A DNA stretch of 64,000 nucleotides from Cycas panzhihuaensis (taxonomy: Eukaryota > Plantae > Cycadophyta): contig CM041465.1 of the NCBI GenBank assembly GCA_023213395.1, forward strand, positions 227,857,741-227,921,740, written 5' to 3'. Shown piece after piece: positions 1 to 13,639 of this stretch (its first letter is position 1; every line of letters starts with the position of its first letter). The notes under the pieces were generated by a model. It searched no databases. It had not been told where the DNA came from and saw only the letters and a list, made by a program, of their open reading frames with translations. The position numbers were made by a program, and so were the translations under genes.

Positions 1-196
1 TGGGGTGTAATTCTAGGTAGAACTTATATGTATTAAATTGAAAGGTAAAAATTATGTAGAACTAAGTTATAAAGTAGATAAAGGTCTAATGAAGTCATAC
101 AGAACCTAATGAAGTAACTTGAAATTTAGCAAAGGCTACGTTATGGTAGTATCTACATCTTTTTGTAGGGCATGAGTGCATTAGGATTAATGTTTC

Positions 197-3100
197 TATT
201 GGAATATGTGATTTATCACATATGCAATGTTTAATATTAGTGAGATGTACACATATACAATCCTACCATTCACACATATTGAGATATATGAGATGCACAC
301 ATATCTATGTTAATATGCTATTAGATGATATAAAGGCTTAAGAGAAACTATAAGCTACTCATGACATGAACATTACTATAAATATATATATACACCACTT
401 GAAAACTTGAAAAAGGAGATGTATTTATTCTGATCATTAAAAGGAGTTCAACTCTACCTTCTCTCATGGTCTTTCTGCCATTGGGTTTTCTATATATATA
501 AATATGTTATCTCTCTTGTGGTGAATGCTTTGTGTATGCTTGATTTATTATTTACTTTACATCCATGTTCACTCATTTATATGTGTACATAACTCATGAG
601 TTTATTCTAATATTATACTTGCATCTTATAATTTTGTAGTGTTTCTCTATATTTATATTAAGAATTAGAGTGCAATTATAAATTCTAATATGGTATTAAA
701 GCCATGGTTAGTAGAAATATTTTGTATAATGAGAAGAAGCCTATCAAGTTGATATTGATAGATAATGTAACAACAATATTTTGAAGGCTAAAGTTTTGAC
801 AGGTTGGCAATACGGTTTTCCCCCCAAACTTCCTTGAGGGGATCTAAGGGCGACGAGAGCCCCCTTAGCTCGAGGGTACGTGGGGTACTGGAACCCCCCT
901 GCAAAGAGGGGGTTTTAGGTGATAGCCCTGACCTAAAATGCTAGCACTGAAAAGCATACTAAATTATAAAGAGAATTGGGGTCATTCACTCAAAATACCC
1001 TAGATTTAATGGCTAAGATTTGTGCTTTGTATGACTCTCTCATATAGCCTGATTTAGGGTGTTTTTTTTTTATTATGTTGATAGTGTTTGATGTATTAGA
1101 TGTACTATGAAGAGGTAGATAGCTAGTTGTTGTGGCTGTCAGCATTCTACTATAGATTATATACATTTTTCCATTCTTTGATAATAAAGATCGATACCTT
1201 TCCTGTGTAGATGTTTCCCTAGCATATTGTTAGGGTTTTACCATATTATATCAGGTGTATATGTGATGCTCTGGCTTTCTAATTTATTTATTATATTATA
1301 TTTGGTTTAAGAAATTGCATGTTAAATTTTAGTTTTAATTCCTATAACTAGTTATAAAATAGTTTAGATCTTAGTGGCAATTTCTAGTTATTAGGACCTA
1401 GTTTACTTAACAAATATGATGAGCTAATATAAGCTAGTGTTAGAGCTAGTAAAAAAGTCAATATATGAACTAGTATATGAGCTAGATATGAGGTAAATAT
1501 GATGAGTAAAAAATCTAAATATGTTAGATTAATACTAATGACATGTAATTAAGATCTGGGGGTTATATGAAGATGAAAGAGATGAATGAAGAGGCACAAA
1601 CAAATGATAACAAACTAAGTCATATGAATTATAGTAAAATTAATAGTATATTATATTGATTTTATGTAGAAAATCATTTATACATATAGGCCTATATATT
1701 CTAGAGCATACAACTATTGAAAATAGTCCACCAAATATGATATAAAGATTTATCAGTTCATCAATGAAGGCTTTTGCAAGTGTCCTACTGAGGATTTATT
1801 GTCATTAATGAATTATTTTGGAGACTTTTGTAAGAATCTCTAATAGAGATTCATTGCTACAATCAAGTCAATAACCCATCAGTGAAATAGGAAATAAATA
1901 ATAAGCCTATACAATATGGCAAGTGATAAATGTTGACAGATATAGTATAGGTGTTTTTTATAGCAATAATAGAGGTATATGGTTAAAATTACATATATAT
2001 GATGTTAATGGCATGATGATTTTATAATGGAATGAAATGTTTATATGGGTATATTATTGAATGGTTTGATAAACAATTTATAGTGCCATAAAAGTTCTAA
2101 TGATATTTATGATGGCATTATTAAGGGCATAAATAAATGGCATATTACAAGTCATTATGGTAGAAATGAGGGCATGATGCTATTATGTGGCACATATAAA
2201 AATAGTATTAAATGGGAATATTGGTGAATATTGGAGGCATTTCTTTTGAAGTTATTTTTTGATATTATAAAAAAGGACAAAGGCAAGGTCTATGTTATAG
2301 GAACAATAGGATATGTAGCCTTATGGCTCATTATAAAATTACTTAAGTAGGGATACTATATTTGAGCCATTGTGAGATTGGATCTGAAATACAGTGGAGA
2401 TTATAAACTTAAAATAGTTGAGTCATAAATCTAACCACATATTAAAATCACAAATTATGTTACCATAACCTATGAAGATTGTCATGATTTGCCTTAATAC
2501 AAAGCATGTAGGCCTAGAGGAAGATTGCATAGATATAATAAAAAATAATATACATCATTGAGATCATGAAGAGAAGTCACCTACTGCCTGAAGGAAATAA
2601 TCACAACCATCAAGACCAAATACCCTTAGCTAAAAAATAGAGCATGCACATTATAAAGCTAGAGAAGAAAAAAATATACCCACCACTATTCTAAAAAATA
2701 TTATATACACCAATCAGATCACTACACATTATGCAAATACTAGATGGAATAGAGTGCAATACATATAGAACTCACCACTACCTAGTGCTTGTAGATAAAA
2801 TACATAGCGATGCACATAGAGGAAAGCCCATATATGAAGACAAGAATATAGAGGGTAGCTCTATCCATATGCCATATAGAGGAAAATGCCAAAGATCACT
2901 TATCAGAAATAGATCACATATACATAGATGAAATCTATCAAGAGCTAGAGACTGATTGTGGAAATATAGATATAAGTATTTTCACAAAAATAAATTACAA
3001 TTGAAATAAAAAATTAAACTATTTTTAATAGTTTTTGAAGTGTAATTAATAGCTCCCTATCAGTCAATGCCTTGTCATATGGAGAACCCACATAACCAGG

Positions 3101-5303
3101 GGCTAAGGCACTAAAGGGGCAAACTTCAAAAGGAATTAAGTTGAATTAGATAAATTTTATATAATTAAAGTTTATATATCAAATTTAAATGAACTTTGAA
3201 ATTTGATTTAAACTTTCTTAAAAATCATATAGTTTTTTAAGATACATTGATGTTTTTTTAAACATAACTTTTCATAAGAATGTCAGATTCAGATGTTATT
3301 AGTTGCATTGGAAAGAGAACTTCGAGATGGTCAAAACTAGCAATCACATGGCATACTTTAGACAATGAAAGATAGAGATAATGATGGATAAAAATGATGG
3401 AATTACTTTAAACCTTATAAAATATAAATTTCAAAACATTTTTTAGAAAAATTGTAGTATATTCTAATCTTTTCAAAGGCTCCATACATGATAGTAAAGT
3501 TATTTTTAAAAGATAAAGAAAGAAAAATAAAGTTTCATTTAAAAGTGATTAATTTAAGTCTCATTTATGATATTTGAAGGCCCATGACAGATTGAAAAAT
3601 ATATGAAGTGGGATATATTGGTTTAAATGATGATATGGAAATTCTTTGATATGTTAGATATGAAAAATCCCCCTTGGAAAATCACATTTGATTTAGTGGT
3701 GTACAACACTAGATAAATAAAAAGATCACCTAATAAATTTAAATTATTTTTTAATGAAATGGTACCTATTAAATGATAATACCACCTGGTAGTTAATAAG
3801 GGTGCCTAGTTTATTTTGATAATGGAGAGAAAAGGAGATTAATGAGAGAATTCTAGTTATTAATAAGATAAGAAGAAGTCTCAAGTGATTGATTAATTGA
3901 CATACCAAGTTAGCTATTGATTTGATCTAGCTAATAATCATCTATCGAGATGGTCTAGCTAAAATATGAAAGATGGTAATGTTTATTCATATTTGTTAGT
4001 GAGAAATCTAACTAGCCATATATGACAAGAGGCATGGAAATACATTGATAATATTAATTTATTATACCTAACTTGTCTTAGCTAAGTAGATCAGCTTGTT
4101 CCTAGAGTTAGCATGTAATTTAATGTTTAGTAAATAATGGATGCCAAAGGAAAGTTGCTAAAGTGTGTAAGTGAGGAAGCATATAAAGAAAACAAAGGAA
4201 ATCTTGTTTGTAAGCAGCAAGTATAGGTTTTGTAAGCTACTCTTACATAACACACCCAATTGTATCATTCTAACCAGTATGCAAGTAGTGAGATTATGAT
4301 ACTCTTGTATAAGCATCTTGAAAGCTAATGAACCATGTGTCTAAAGAAATTACCTAGAGAACTAATGATTATAGAGGTTGGTTACCCATGTATTTTGGTA
4401 GATGGTTATTATTTTATATATACTTAAAAATCACTTTATTTACTTGTTAAATTGATGAATAATTAACAAAATGTTGAATAAACCATGTTTAAGAAAATAG
4501 TTCATATATGGTGATGATGATGTTAGTTGATATTTACAGTTTAGTTATTCATAGTTAATCATTACTAATCACACATGACTACACACATGTTGACACAAGT
4601 ATACAAGTTAATTCTTATAAGAGACAAGCATGATGGATGAAAAATATAGATGATATGATAATACAAGTTACAAGTGATATAACATATAAATATAACATAC
4701 AAGATAAAGATTATAGGATATAGTATATAGATTAAAGACCAAGGGATGAATACATGAATATTTGAAGAATTAAAGACAAAGATTCAAAGATATTAAAAAT
4801 TAAAGGAAAATGTTAAAATATGTGATTTATCACATACGTAATATTTAATGTTAGTGATATATACACATATACAATCCCACCATTTACATATGCTGAGATA
4901 TATAAAATATGTAGATACCTATGTTAATATGTTATTGGATGATATAAAGACTTAATAGAAATTATAAGCAACTTATGAGATTAATATTACTATAAATATA
5001 TACACACACCACTTGAGAACTTAAGAGAGGAGATGTATTCATTCTAATCATTAAAAGAAGTTTAACTCCACTTTTTTCTATGGTTTTTTCCACACTAGGT
5101 TTTTTATATATAAATTTGTTGTCTCTCTTAAGGTGAATATTTGGTGTATGCTTGATGTGCTATTTACTTTATATTCATATTGATTCCTTTATATGTATAC
5201 ATAACTCATGAGTTTATTCTACCATTATACTTATATCTTATAATTTTATTGTGTTACTTTATATCTTTATTATGGTTTTAGAGTATAATTATAAATTCTA
5301 ATA
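197..5303 (+). mobile_element. Element I: decayed LTR retroelement with no recognisable gag/pol (LARD-like)
   Basis: Direct repeats 197-690 and 4811-5303 (~494 bp); PBS-like TGGTATTAAAGCC at 691-703; purine tract TTAAAGGAAAA before 4811. TSD unclear (gtttc/acttt). Confidence 0.75.
756..1412 (+). mobile_element. Solo LTR of Copia family A, nested in element I
   Basis: TG...CA ends, 657 bp, collinear with the LTRs at 41009-41674 and 45684-46350; TSD gatat/aatat; no PBS or PPT next to it. Confidence 0.88.
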
Positions 5304-5342
5304 ACTTTCTTCAATGAACAGTAGATATAATGCATGACCTAG

Positions 5343-7504
5343 TATTAGAAGTAATATTTAATTACTTCCATAAAATTATGTTATATCATATTAATTCCCT
5401 TCCTCTATCCCATTATTATTTTTTTAGAACCTTAACAATGTATGCATATGCTCACTTGTTTATATAATATATTGTTAGTGGAATTAAAGGTTCTCTTATT
5501 CTATTTGAATCATATGAGGTGAATGTACTTATATCTATACCTTAATTCATAATAAAATATTTTAGAGATGATTATTTCATCCAACACTTATTTTCTTATG
5601 TTGTAATATAATTTTTATTTTATATATTTCTATGTTATACCTTAGCATGTTAATTTATTACTTTTACATGTGTTATTATATTAAAGTGTGATTTTATTTT
5701 CTAGCAATAGTATTCAAGTTTATAGTTGAATCCTTGAAGATAAAGGTTGGATTATCAAGCCACGGTTGGTTTGATCCTTGGGAGGCTATGTTTACTTGAA
5801 AAATTTTATCATAATCTATTTATAGAAGTTATATCTAGTATATTGGATGGTTATAAATAAGGATGAGTCATATGTATGTTGTAATATTAAGATCTCAAAT
5901 CTATGATAAAATTATTCTTAATAGTGGATGGGTATTTATGCATAGGATGCACTAAAAAAAATAACATTTAGGGAATTACAGATATAAAGTGAGGTTATAG
6001 TAGCTTTGAAGTAAGTATTATTGGATCATGGATGTAAGATTGAATTCTCTATTATGGAAATGGATTGTGGGTTGTTACTAATTATGTGATATAAGTTATT
6101 TATTTTACATTCATATAGCCATTACACTTGTATACCATTTTGCAAGGCTTGGGCTTATGGCCCCTATTAGGTGGGAGGGACATGGGTTATGTTAAGCCTA
6201 ATGTATTTAATATTTGTGGGTTGTTGGAGATAATATAAACTCTTTTCAAAGGTAGTTACAAGTGTCCCTCCTTAGGATTAACTATCATAATGGGTGTGTT
6301 AGAAGATTTAAGAGTTAGTTGGCACGTTAAAGATTACACCCATAATAAAAGTATTATAGATCAAAGGTGGGCAATGCTTATAGTGACTAAAGTCATAGAA
6401 AGAAGGATGAGTATCTCATATTATGTGATTTATATATCTTAGGTCACCCCCATTATAAAAAATATATAAAAATATAAAACCCCCTCACAACATCATATAT
6501 GGCCAATGTATAGATGATTCAATGACAATATTTTGGTTTTAAAAGGCATATTTTTCAAAAATTTTGGCAAGTTTTTTTATTCTCCTTTATAAATAGAAAT
6601 TTTTTGTCCTTCAAGAAACTTTTATAAGAACCAATTTATGAGACTTATATGTAGGAAATATTACATCAGGTGATAAGTATATTTTGCATTTATGATAGCT
6701 AATTAAGTACTTCATTTAGACCTTACACTAGAAGTTTTATCCATTTAAATTATGCAATGGGTTTATGATTGGAATATACTTTATGGATAGTAGTAAGAAT
6801 TATAACAAGTTTACCTAAGGTTAGTAGTTGATGGTTACTTGATATTTGTTCTTTGTTAATATGGTTCATTTGTAGTTAATTATAGGTGAACCCAAAATGT
6901 TTCTTCTTAAGAATTAGAAAAGGAGAATAAGCACAAATAGAAGTGCACTCAAAGTGGTTAATACAATCTATTAATAAACCACGTATATGAAGAACATTTT
7001 AAAGAACTAGGAATTATAATGACTAATTACTTATGTATTTTGGTATATGTTTTTATTTTTATATGGACCTCAATAGATTTATTAAATAACTTAAGAAGGA
7101 GACAAAATGGTAGTAATCCTCCTCATTAAAATCTCCAATAATTTGAAGATATAATTTTTGATGTGACATTCATTATTGTATTTATGTAAGTAAAAACTAT
7201 AGGGGTGAATGTTGGAAGTAATGTTTAATTACTTTTACGAAGTTGTGGGTTTAAAGTTTCCCTTATTCTATTAGACTTCTTTGAGGTAAATGTATTTATA
7301 AATATATATTCATTCATAATATAATATTTAGAGATGATCATTTCCTCCAACGCTTATTATCTTTTATTATGATGTATAATTTATTTTACTTATTTTTATG
7401 TTATATATTATATCACCTTATTATTAAGGAGTCACATCTTAATAGCTTATAAATTTATTACTTTCACATGTTATGGTATTGGAGTGTGATTTTAGTTTCT
7501 AATA
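5343..7504 (+). mobile_element. Element J: small, old non-coding LTR element (TRIM/LARD-like)
   Basis: Diverged direct repeats 5343-5706 and 7210-7504, with indels; PPT AGGGGTGAA before TGTTGG at 7210; degenerate PBS-like TAGTATTCAAG after 5706. No convincing TSD. Confidence 0.6.
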
Positions 7505-7568
7505 TTGAGTACCCATTGTATATACCTCATTGTATATCCTATTTCTTTATATTGTCATTTTATTATGA

Positions 7569-9292
7569 TGTAATCATCCCTTAATATAAATAGGAGTGAG
7601 GCAAAAGCCCTATTGGGTGTGAAAGATACACCTTATTCCATATTATAGTATAGTGTTATATAATCTTAGAGGTGAGAGACCTATATGCATGTCATATAAA
7701 TATGTAAATAAATTTGGGTCCACATACATATATATCATAATGAATATAAATAGTAAGTCCATTAAATAATAAATAAGGTCAGATTAAATAGGGGAAAGGA
7801 AATTAAGAGGGGGGGACATGATATAAATGAGAGAGGAAATTCCTAGGGGATAAGGTCTAAGAGACACGATCCTTATATCTAATCCCTCTTTAATAACTTC
7901 ACTTAGTTATTAATGCAATAGTAGAGTGACTAATATAGGTCACTCTTATGCATGTGCTTATTCCACTTTTTAAATTTAGACCATTCCTATAATGGAAAAT
8001 GGTGTTAAATTATTAGAGTTTTATGATTAAAGTATGGGATCATGATTTTTTGAGTTGGTATGAGCTTTAGGAGTTCTTTCATTTACTTTGGGATTCTTAC
8101 ATGGGCTTTGAAGATTCTTGCATTTACTTTGGGGGTTCTTACATGTACTTGGAAGGTTCTTACTTTTTAAGAGTTCTATTCATTGAGAATATGGTTGTAT
8201 TTGAAATAAGAGAAATGAAAAGCTACTAATTATAGATGATATTATAGATTTGGAGATGAATGGCATTCATTATTAGATTGTACTCATAAGATCATTATTG
8301 ATATCCTTTATATTATGTATGATAGAGTTTATGATGTTGATATGGTAATAATATTATTATGGGCATAGGCCTTCTTGTAATGGATTGTAAGAATGCTAAT
8401 TACTACTATGATCTATATATGGTGGTTTCTTCTATAGTGAGAAACAGAATGATGTGTGGCATGTGAAGGTGACTTGGTTCAGATCCTATGTTGATGGTAT
8501 ATAATGATCACTTAGTCTAAGTCCATACATTAATGATCTATGCTAGGGACTTGGCCTAGGACCATGTATAAATAGATTAGTCTAGACGTTGTAGTGAGAT
8601 ACCACTAATTTTTAGATGAGATAGTTTGGGACCATATGTATGAGCTGCCACTAGTTTTTAGTCTCAATGTATTGATATAGTGGAAATCCAAGTGTACCAT
8701 GATACCATCATATATGCCTTAACGTTATTATATTAAGTCATAGTATAATTTATATTAATGAGTAATTTGGTATATGTTTTTAAGTTGAGATTGGGTTAAG
8801 AGTAGAGAGTTATAAGGAGGTAGTCTAGCATCCATATCACATGCCTTAAATCATACATATATTCTCATGTTGAAGTTTTGAGTGTTTGGGTGATAAATAC
8901 ATCTAAATAATCTAGTATTCCCCTACTTTAAAGATAAGTACTCTATTTTGATCATGTGTAAATACTTGATGGAAATTATGAGATGAATATTTAGTTTGCA
9001 TTATATATATAAATATTTATACTATAATCATGTATTTGATTCTCCATTATGAAGATTAAATTATATGCACACTAGTGTCATGTAGTATGTTATGCATTCA
9101 TAGTTTCATTGACTATTAACACAGTGTGTAGCTTGCTAGTCCTATGTTTTGGTGTATTGGTGTGATGTTTGAGCTTAAACAATCTTAGAGTATTTATGTT
9201 ATTCAATGTCACTCCCATGCCTCCCCAATCCCCCCCCCCCCCCCTAACCTCTTCCCCCACCCCTACTATTCTGCACTATTTGGGGCATTATA
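7569..9292. mobile_element. Possible long Gypsy-type solo LTR remnant
   Basis: Imperfect terminal inverted ends TGTAATCATCCC ... GGGGCATTATA resemble the termini of long Gypsy LTRs. No TSD and no second copy in the window. Confidence 0.25.
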
Positions 9293-9599
9293 TTAAATGT
9301 TCTTCTCTCACATAGAAGAGAGTCATTAGCATAGTTAATAAAATTAATGGCATTTGATAGTAGTTTAAGAGGATAATTTTATTGAGAAAGCTCCAATTAT
9401 TTGATGCTTCTTTTAAGCTAAGTTGGCTCTTAAATGGCATATAAAAGATGAAGAAATTGTGTAATGGAAATCTATCCAATGATATTCTTGTTTATTATAC
9501 CATGATCTACCCGAAAGCTAGTAGGATGAGATGAGATCAACTAACTTTTATTATGATGGGTAAACTATAGTAAGGATTTTGACTAAAGCATATTACTCT

Positions 9600-10080
9600 A
9601 ATTTAGGGAAAGAGCTAAATCAAATTAAATTCATTGTTAAGTAATAATCTTTATTTAAGTCATTTGAGATCTCATTTAGGCTTAATAAAGTTATTACATA
9701 TTTATCTAATTGAATGTAAATCCTTCACTTATTTAAAATTAGAGAAATTAAGTCTTTATCTTATAGTAATGAGTGATTTGATTCCATACATAAATGGTGC
9801 ATATGTTTTGAAGAACTTAATATATTTCAAGCATAATTATAGGGGCAAAGATACGCATTTATCTTTAGAGGAGAAGCACCACTTCATTATATCACCTTAG
9901 ATCTAGCAAAAGAAAAGTCATAAATGGGATGAGTCCTTTACATACTCATTAGAATTAGATCAATGAATATACTTAAAGATATGGTTGTTAGGTTTCTTAT
10001 CATTAGAACTGTGAGATTTAGGAAGGCCCTTAGAAATCTTTTCTAATAAACTTTCACCAAGCTATATCATCTTAGATAGT
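9600..10080 (-). pseudogene. Possible heavily decayed Gypsy-type gag remnant
   Basis: The minus strand reads PKSHSSNDKKPNNHI ... LFFC*I*GDIMKWCFSS, loosely like PxFxxFDGxxDPxxH ... LFxxxLxGxAxxW of retrotransposon gag. Boundaries approximate. Confidence 0.25.
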
Positions 10081-11388
10081 CCTGGTATGATTAATTTTTC
10101 TTTTGCTTGATAGTAAAAGCATTATAGCTCAAGAAGCATGGAAGTGGAAGAAGAACCTAAATCAGTGGTATGCACAATAATATTTTGGTGATCTTATGAT
10201 TAGTGTTATTTAACAAAAGCTAATAAGAGAGGAGTTAAACCTCTAAGTCTCTTAAAGAACCACCTTAGGTATTTTTGAATATTAACACTAATCTCATCCT
10301 TATAAAGGAGTAATATTAAAGTGTATGGAAATCTAGCAATACTTGAGGAGGTGGATCCACAAGTTAGGTTTTTAATAACCTCCTAATTAGGTACTATAAG
10401 GTATTTCAAGAAAGAAAGCATATTAAGGAGGGTATCACATTTGTTTAGGAACTAGTATACATAAATATAAATTTGAAAGTAAATAAATATATGTATATTA
10501 AGGGCCAAAAAATAGAAATGAAATCCTATTGACATTATTGAATGTTCCTTTCAATCCAAATCAACAAATTAAGTATGATTAGGGATCATCCTAATGGATA
10601 ATTTTTTAATTAAAATTTTTTAGTAATTAAAATTTTTTCACAAAATATATTCTAAAGTTTACCTAGCATAACTCTAAAAATTAGCCAATGTTATTTTGAA
10701 ATTAGGAAATAAAATATTAAGTATGTATAATAGTTCATATTTTCTAATTTGAAAATAATAAGAAATAATATACTTATTGACATAAACTTATAAAAAATGG
10801 CTATTTTCTTTGTGAGTAGTCTATGTAGGAATAACAAGCAAATGGGGGAGAATTTTATCATAAGAGATAGATGAAATCTAATGAAAAGATTTAATCCTAC
10901 TTCCAGAAATGATAATCATCTCTATGTCAAGAGGATACCTCTCTAGGAAGAGGAGGAAGAGGGATAATATAAGGAGTAATGCTCAAAGGTGACATTGGAA
11001 AGATTCAATCAAGTAGGTAAAATACCAAGTAATTTTTGGATGGATGAAATAAGTAAGAGCAATAGGAATGAGTCCCCTAATAAGGGGACCCCTTCAAATA
11101 ATAAGGCCAATCAATTGCTAGGTGCCAAAGGAGCTTTAAAAAAGATGAAGAAATTAAGTAGGCAATAAGAAACCATAGATCAAGATAAGGAAATTAGGGG
11201 ATTCAATGTAAAAGAGATGCAAAATTAAAGTTCTCATTCTCAAGAATAAGAAAGAGGGTATAAGAGGATAAAAGGGAAGAAAATTTTACTATGGAAAAAC
11301 TCCTAGTTAAAGGCAATTTTTTGTTAAATTCAAGGTAATATCAAGTGTTTATAGATGTTTACATCCAACATCAAGAATATAACCTATC

Positions 11389-11792
11389 ATGAAAATGTTG
11401 TCTTAGAATATTTAGGGTTTGATTATTATCCCTAAATAGAAAATTTTAGGGAAGAAAATTAAGAGCGAAAAACTAGACCTATGTCTTATTCAAGAAACCA
11501 AGCTTAACATAGGGAAAATGAATAACATTTCCCAACAAATCTAAAAAGGACATGAGGCCATCACTATTAGTTCCATGGGGTATTTCAAGGGCATAGATAT
11601 CTTATAGGACCCTAAAAGGATCCATATGGAGAATATTAAAGGGGGTAGGTGGTGAATAACTAGATAATTTTCTTCCTATGTCACCAGTTTGATGTTTTTA
11701 ATTACTGATATCTATGTTCCAATCATGATGGACTATAAACTAAAATGTTGGGAATCTCTCAAGGAAGTCTAAAAGATTCATGAAGGAGATAT
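11389..11792 (+). pseudogene. LINE ORF2 piece 1: APE-type endonuclease N-terminus
   Basis: MKMLS*NI*G ... KIKSEKLDLCLIQETKL ... IYVP...KLKCWESL corresponds to the MKILSWNVRG / LQETK / NVYAP motifs. Confidence 0.85.
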
Positions 11793-13639
11793 TGTTGGAA
11801 TAATACATATTATATTATTATATTATTCATGTATAATTAATATGAGTGCATGAGTTAGTTATCAGTTATTAATATAAGAACCAATGATTAAGCTCCACAT
11901 AGACTTGAGCCTTCATTATATATTTTATAATATATAATCCTAGTATTTATGAATGCCACCCACAATCAAAGGTTGCTCTCTTATCTAGTGCTTATACGCT
12001 CATTGTTTTGCTCTTATTTCATCTTAGTTTGTTGTCTAATTCTTCATTTGGTATTAGACATGTTCTATGCCATTTATTAGAGTTTTATTTACATATTTAT
12101 ACTTCATGTGGAGGTACTATAATGAACAAATTCTAGATTAATTATTACTTCTATAAATCATGGTTGTATTGATGAACATTTTTAGTGTGTAGGGTTTGGG
12201 CATCCTCCATCACTTATGGGAAATTTTCTCTCTAAATAATCAACAAAATAAGAGGTTGTTTACTATTAAAATTCCCCCCACTGTGTGTAGAAGGTTTTTA
12301 AAGGATCAAATCTAAAGTTTGGTCAAGTTTCATGGAGTTTAGAGGCCTTGAACTTCCTCAAACTCACTATTGACATTGATGTGATTACATGTAAATTTGC
12401 ACTCTTTTGAAAGGTTAAAATTTAATATTTTCATGTTATTTTATATTATAAAATTTAATATTTATTAAATCAATTTTAATAATCATTTGAAGTCTATTAT
12501 AGCCCCCTTTACATGGTCATATGATTTTTTTATATGACTAAAAGTGAATGAAAAAAGGTACCTTTTAATTTATGGTTAAGTTTTGTTTATTTTATGAGGT
12601 GTTGTTAGTTTTATACCCATAACTCTTAGGTGAGAAACTAGATTTTAGTCCCACTTGATTCATTCAAAAGAAGACTTATCCCCCCATTAAAATGTGTGGC
12701 TATAAGTCACATTTTGAAGGTATATTTGGGAAGCTTTAGTTTGATGAAATTGATTATAGTGTTTTTGGGTTATTTTCTGACTAGTGGCACAAGATCATTA
12801 TTTCTTTAAAATATTAGTCATATAGCATTGGATTCCCAAACCATAAATTACAATGAAAATATATCTTAAATATATTCATTTGGGAAGTAATTTTAAAGTT
12901 TTTTTAAATCATTTGAATTGAACAATTTTTGGTCAAACTCAAAACTTTTGCCTTCCTATAGGAAGACTGAAGAAATTTTTGGTGGCAAGTGGTCATTTAA
13001 AGCATCATACCTCAAATATTAATAAAAATTTTAGCTTTTTAATGGTTGTGAGGTCCTATTTAAAGATAAATCCTAGGATGAAAAGGGATTTTTATTGTGT
13101 ATCTAGTGTGTTTTTAACCTCATTATTATATTTGGAGACTTGGTGGTGTTTTTTTGGGGGGGCTCTCTATTGTGATTGAAGTGTTTGGTGGTGCTTAGAA
13201 TTCTTTTTAAGTGTTGATACTCTTTTCTTTGAGTATTTTTTCAAGCATTAAATTCTTTTATTATTGACATCAACTTCTATATTAGCACTCTATTATGAGA
13301 ATAACACTCATCAAGAGATTACGCGTGTACATGTAGCTTTGGTACTCCTAGTGGGGCCAACCTTCTCATGGTATATAGAGAGTAAGAGTGTTAAGGTATT
13401 AAGAAAAAATTATGGAGGCCATAAGGCTACTAGGATAAACTTAGAGAAGGTAAGTTCCTTATTTACAGAAGTTAGAACCCTTAGTTGGGATCTATTATTT
13501 TTGCTAAGTGTATTTAGTGATAAAATAGCGTGTGAAGTAAGGTGATATATTAAATAATACCCAAGCCTCATAAAGAATTGGACCAATAGTAGGGGTTATT
13601 AAAATAAAGGAGATGCTTCACTAAAAACAAATGATTACT

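Noticed and set aside
10780-10820. Possible LINE ORF1 zinc knuckle upstream of 10838
   Set aside because: Very weak match and it lies outside the TSD-defined LINE boundary.
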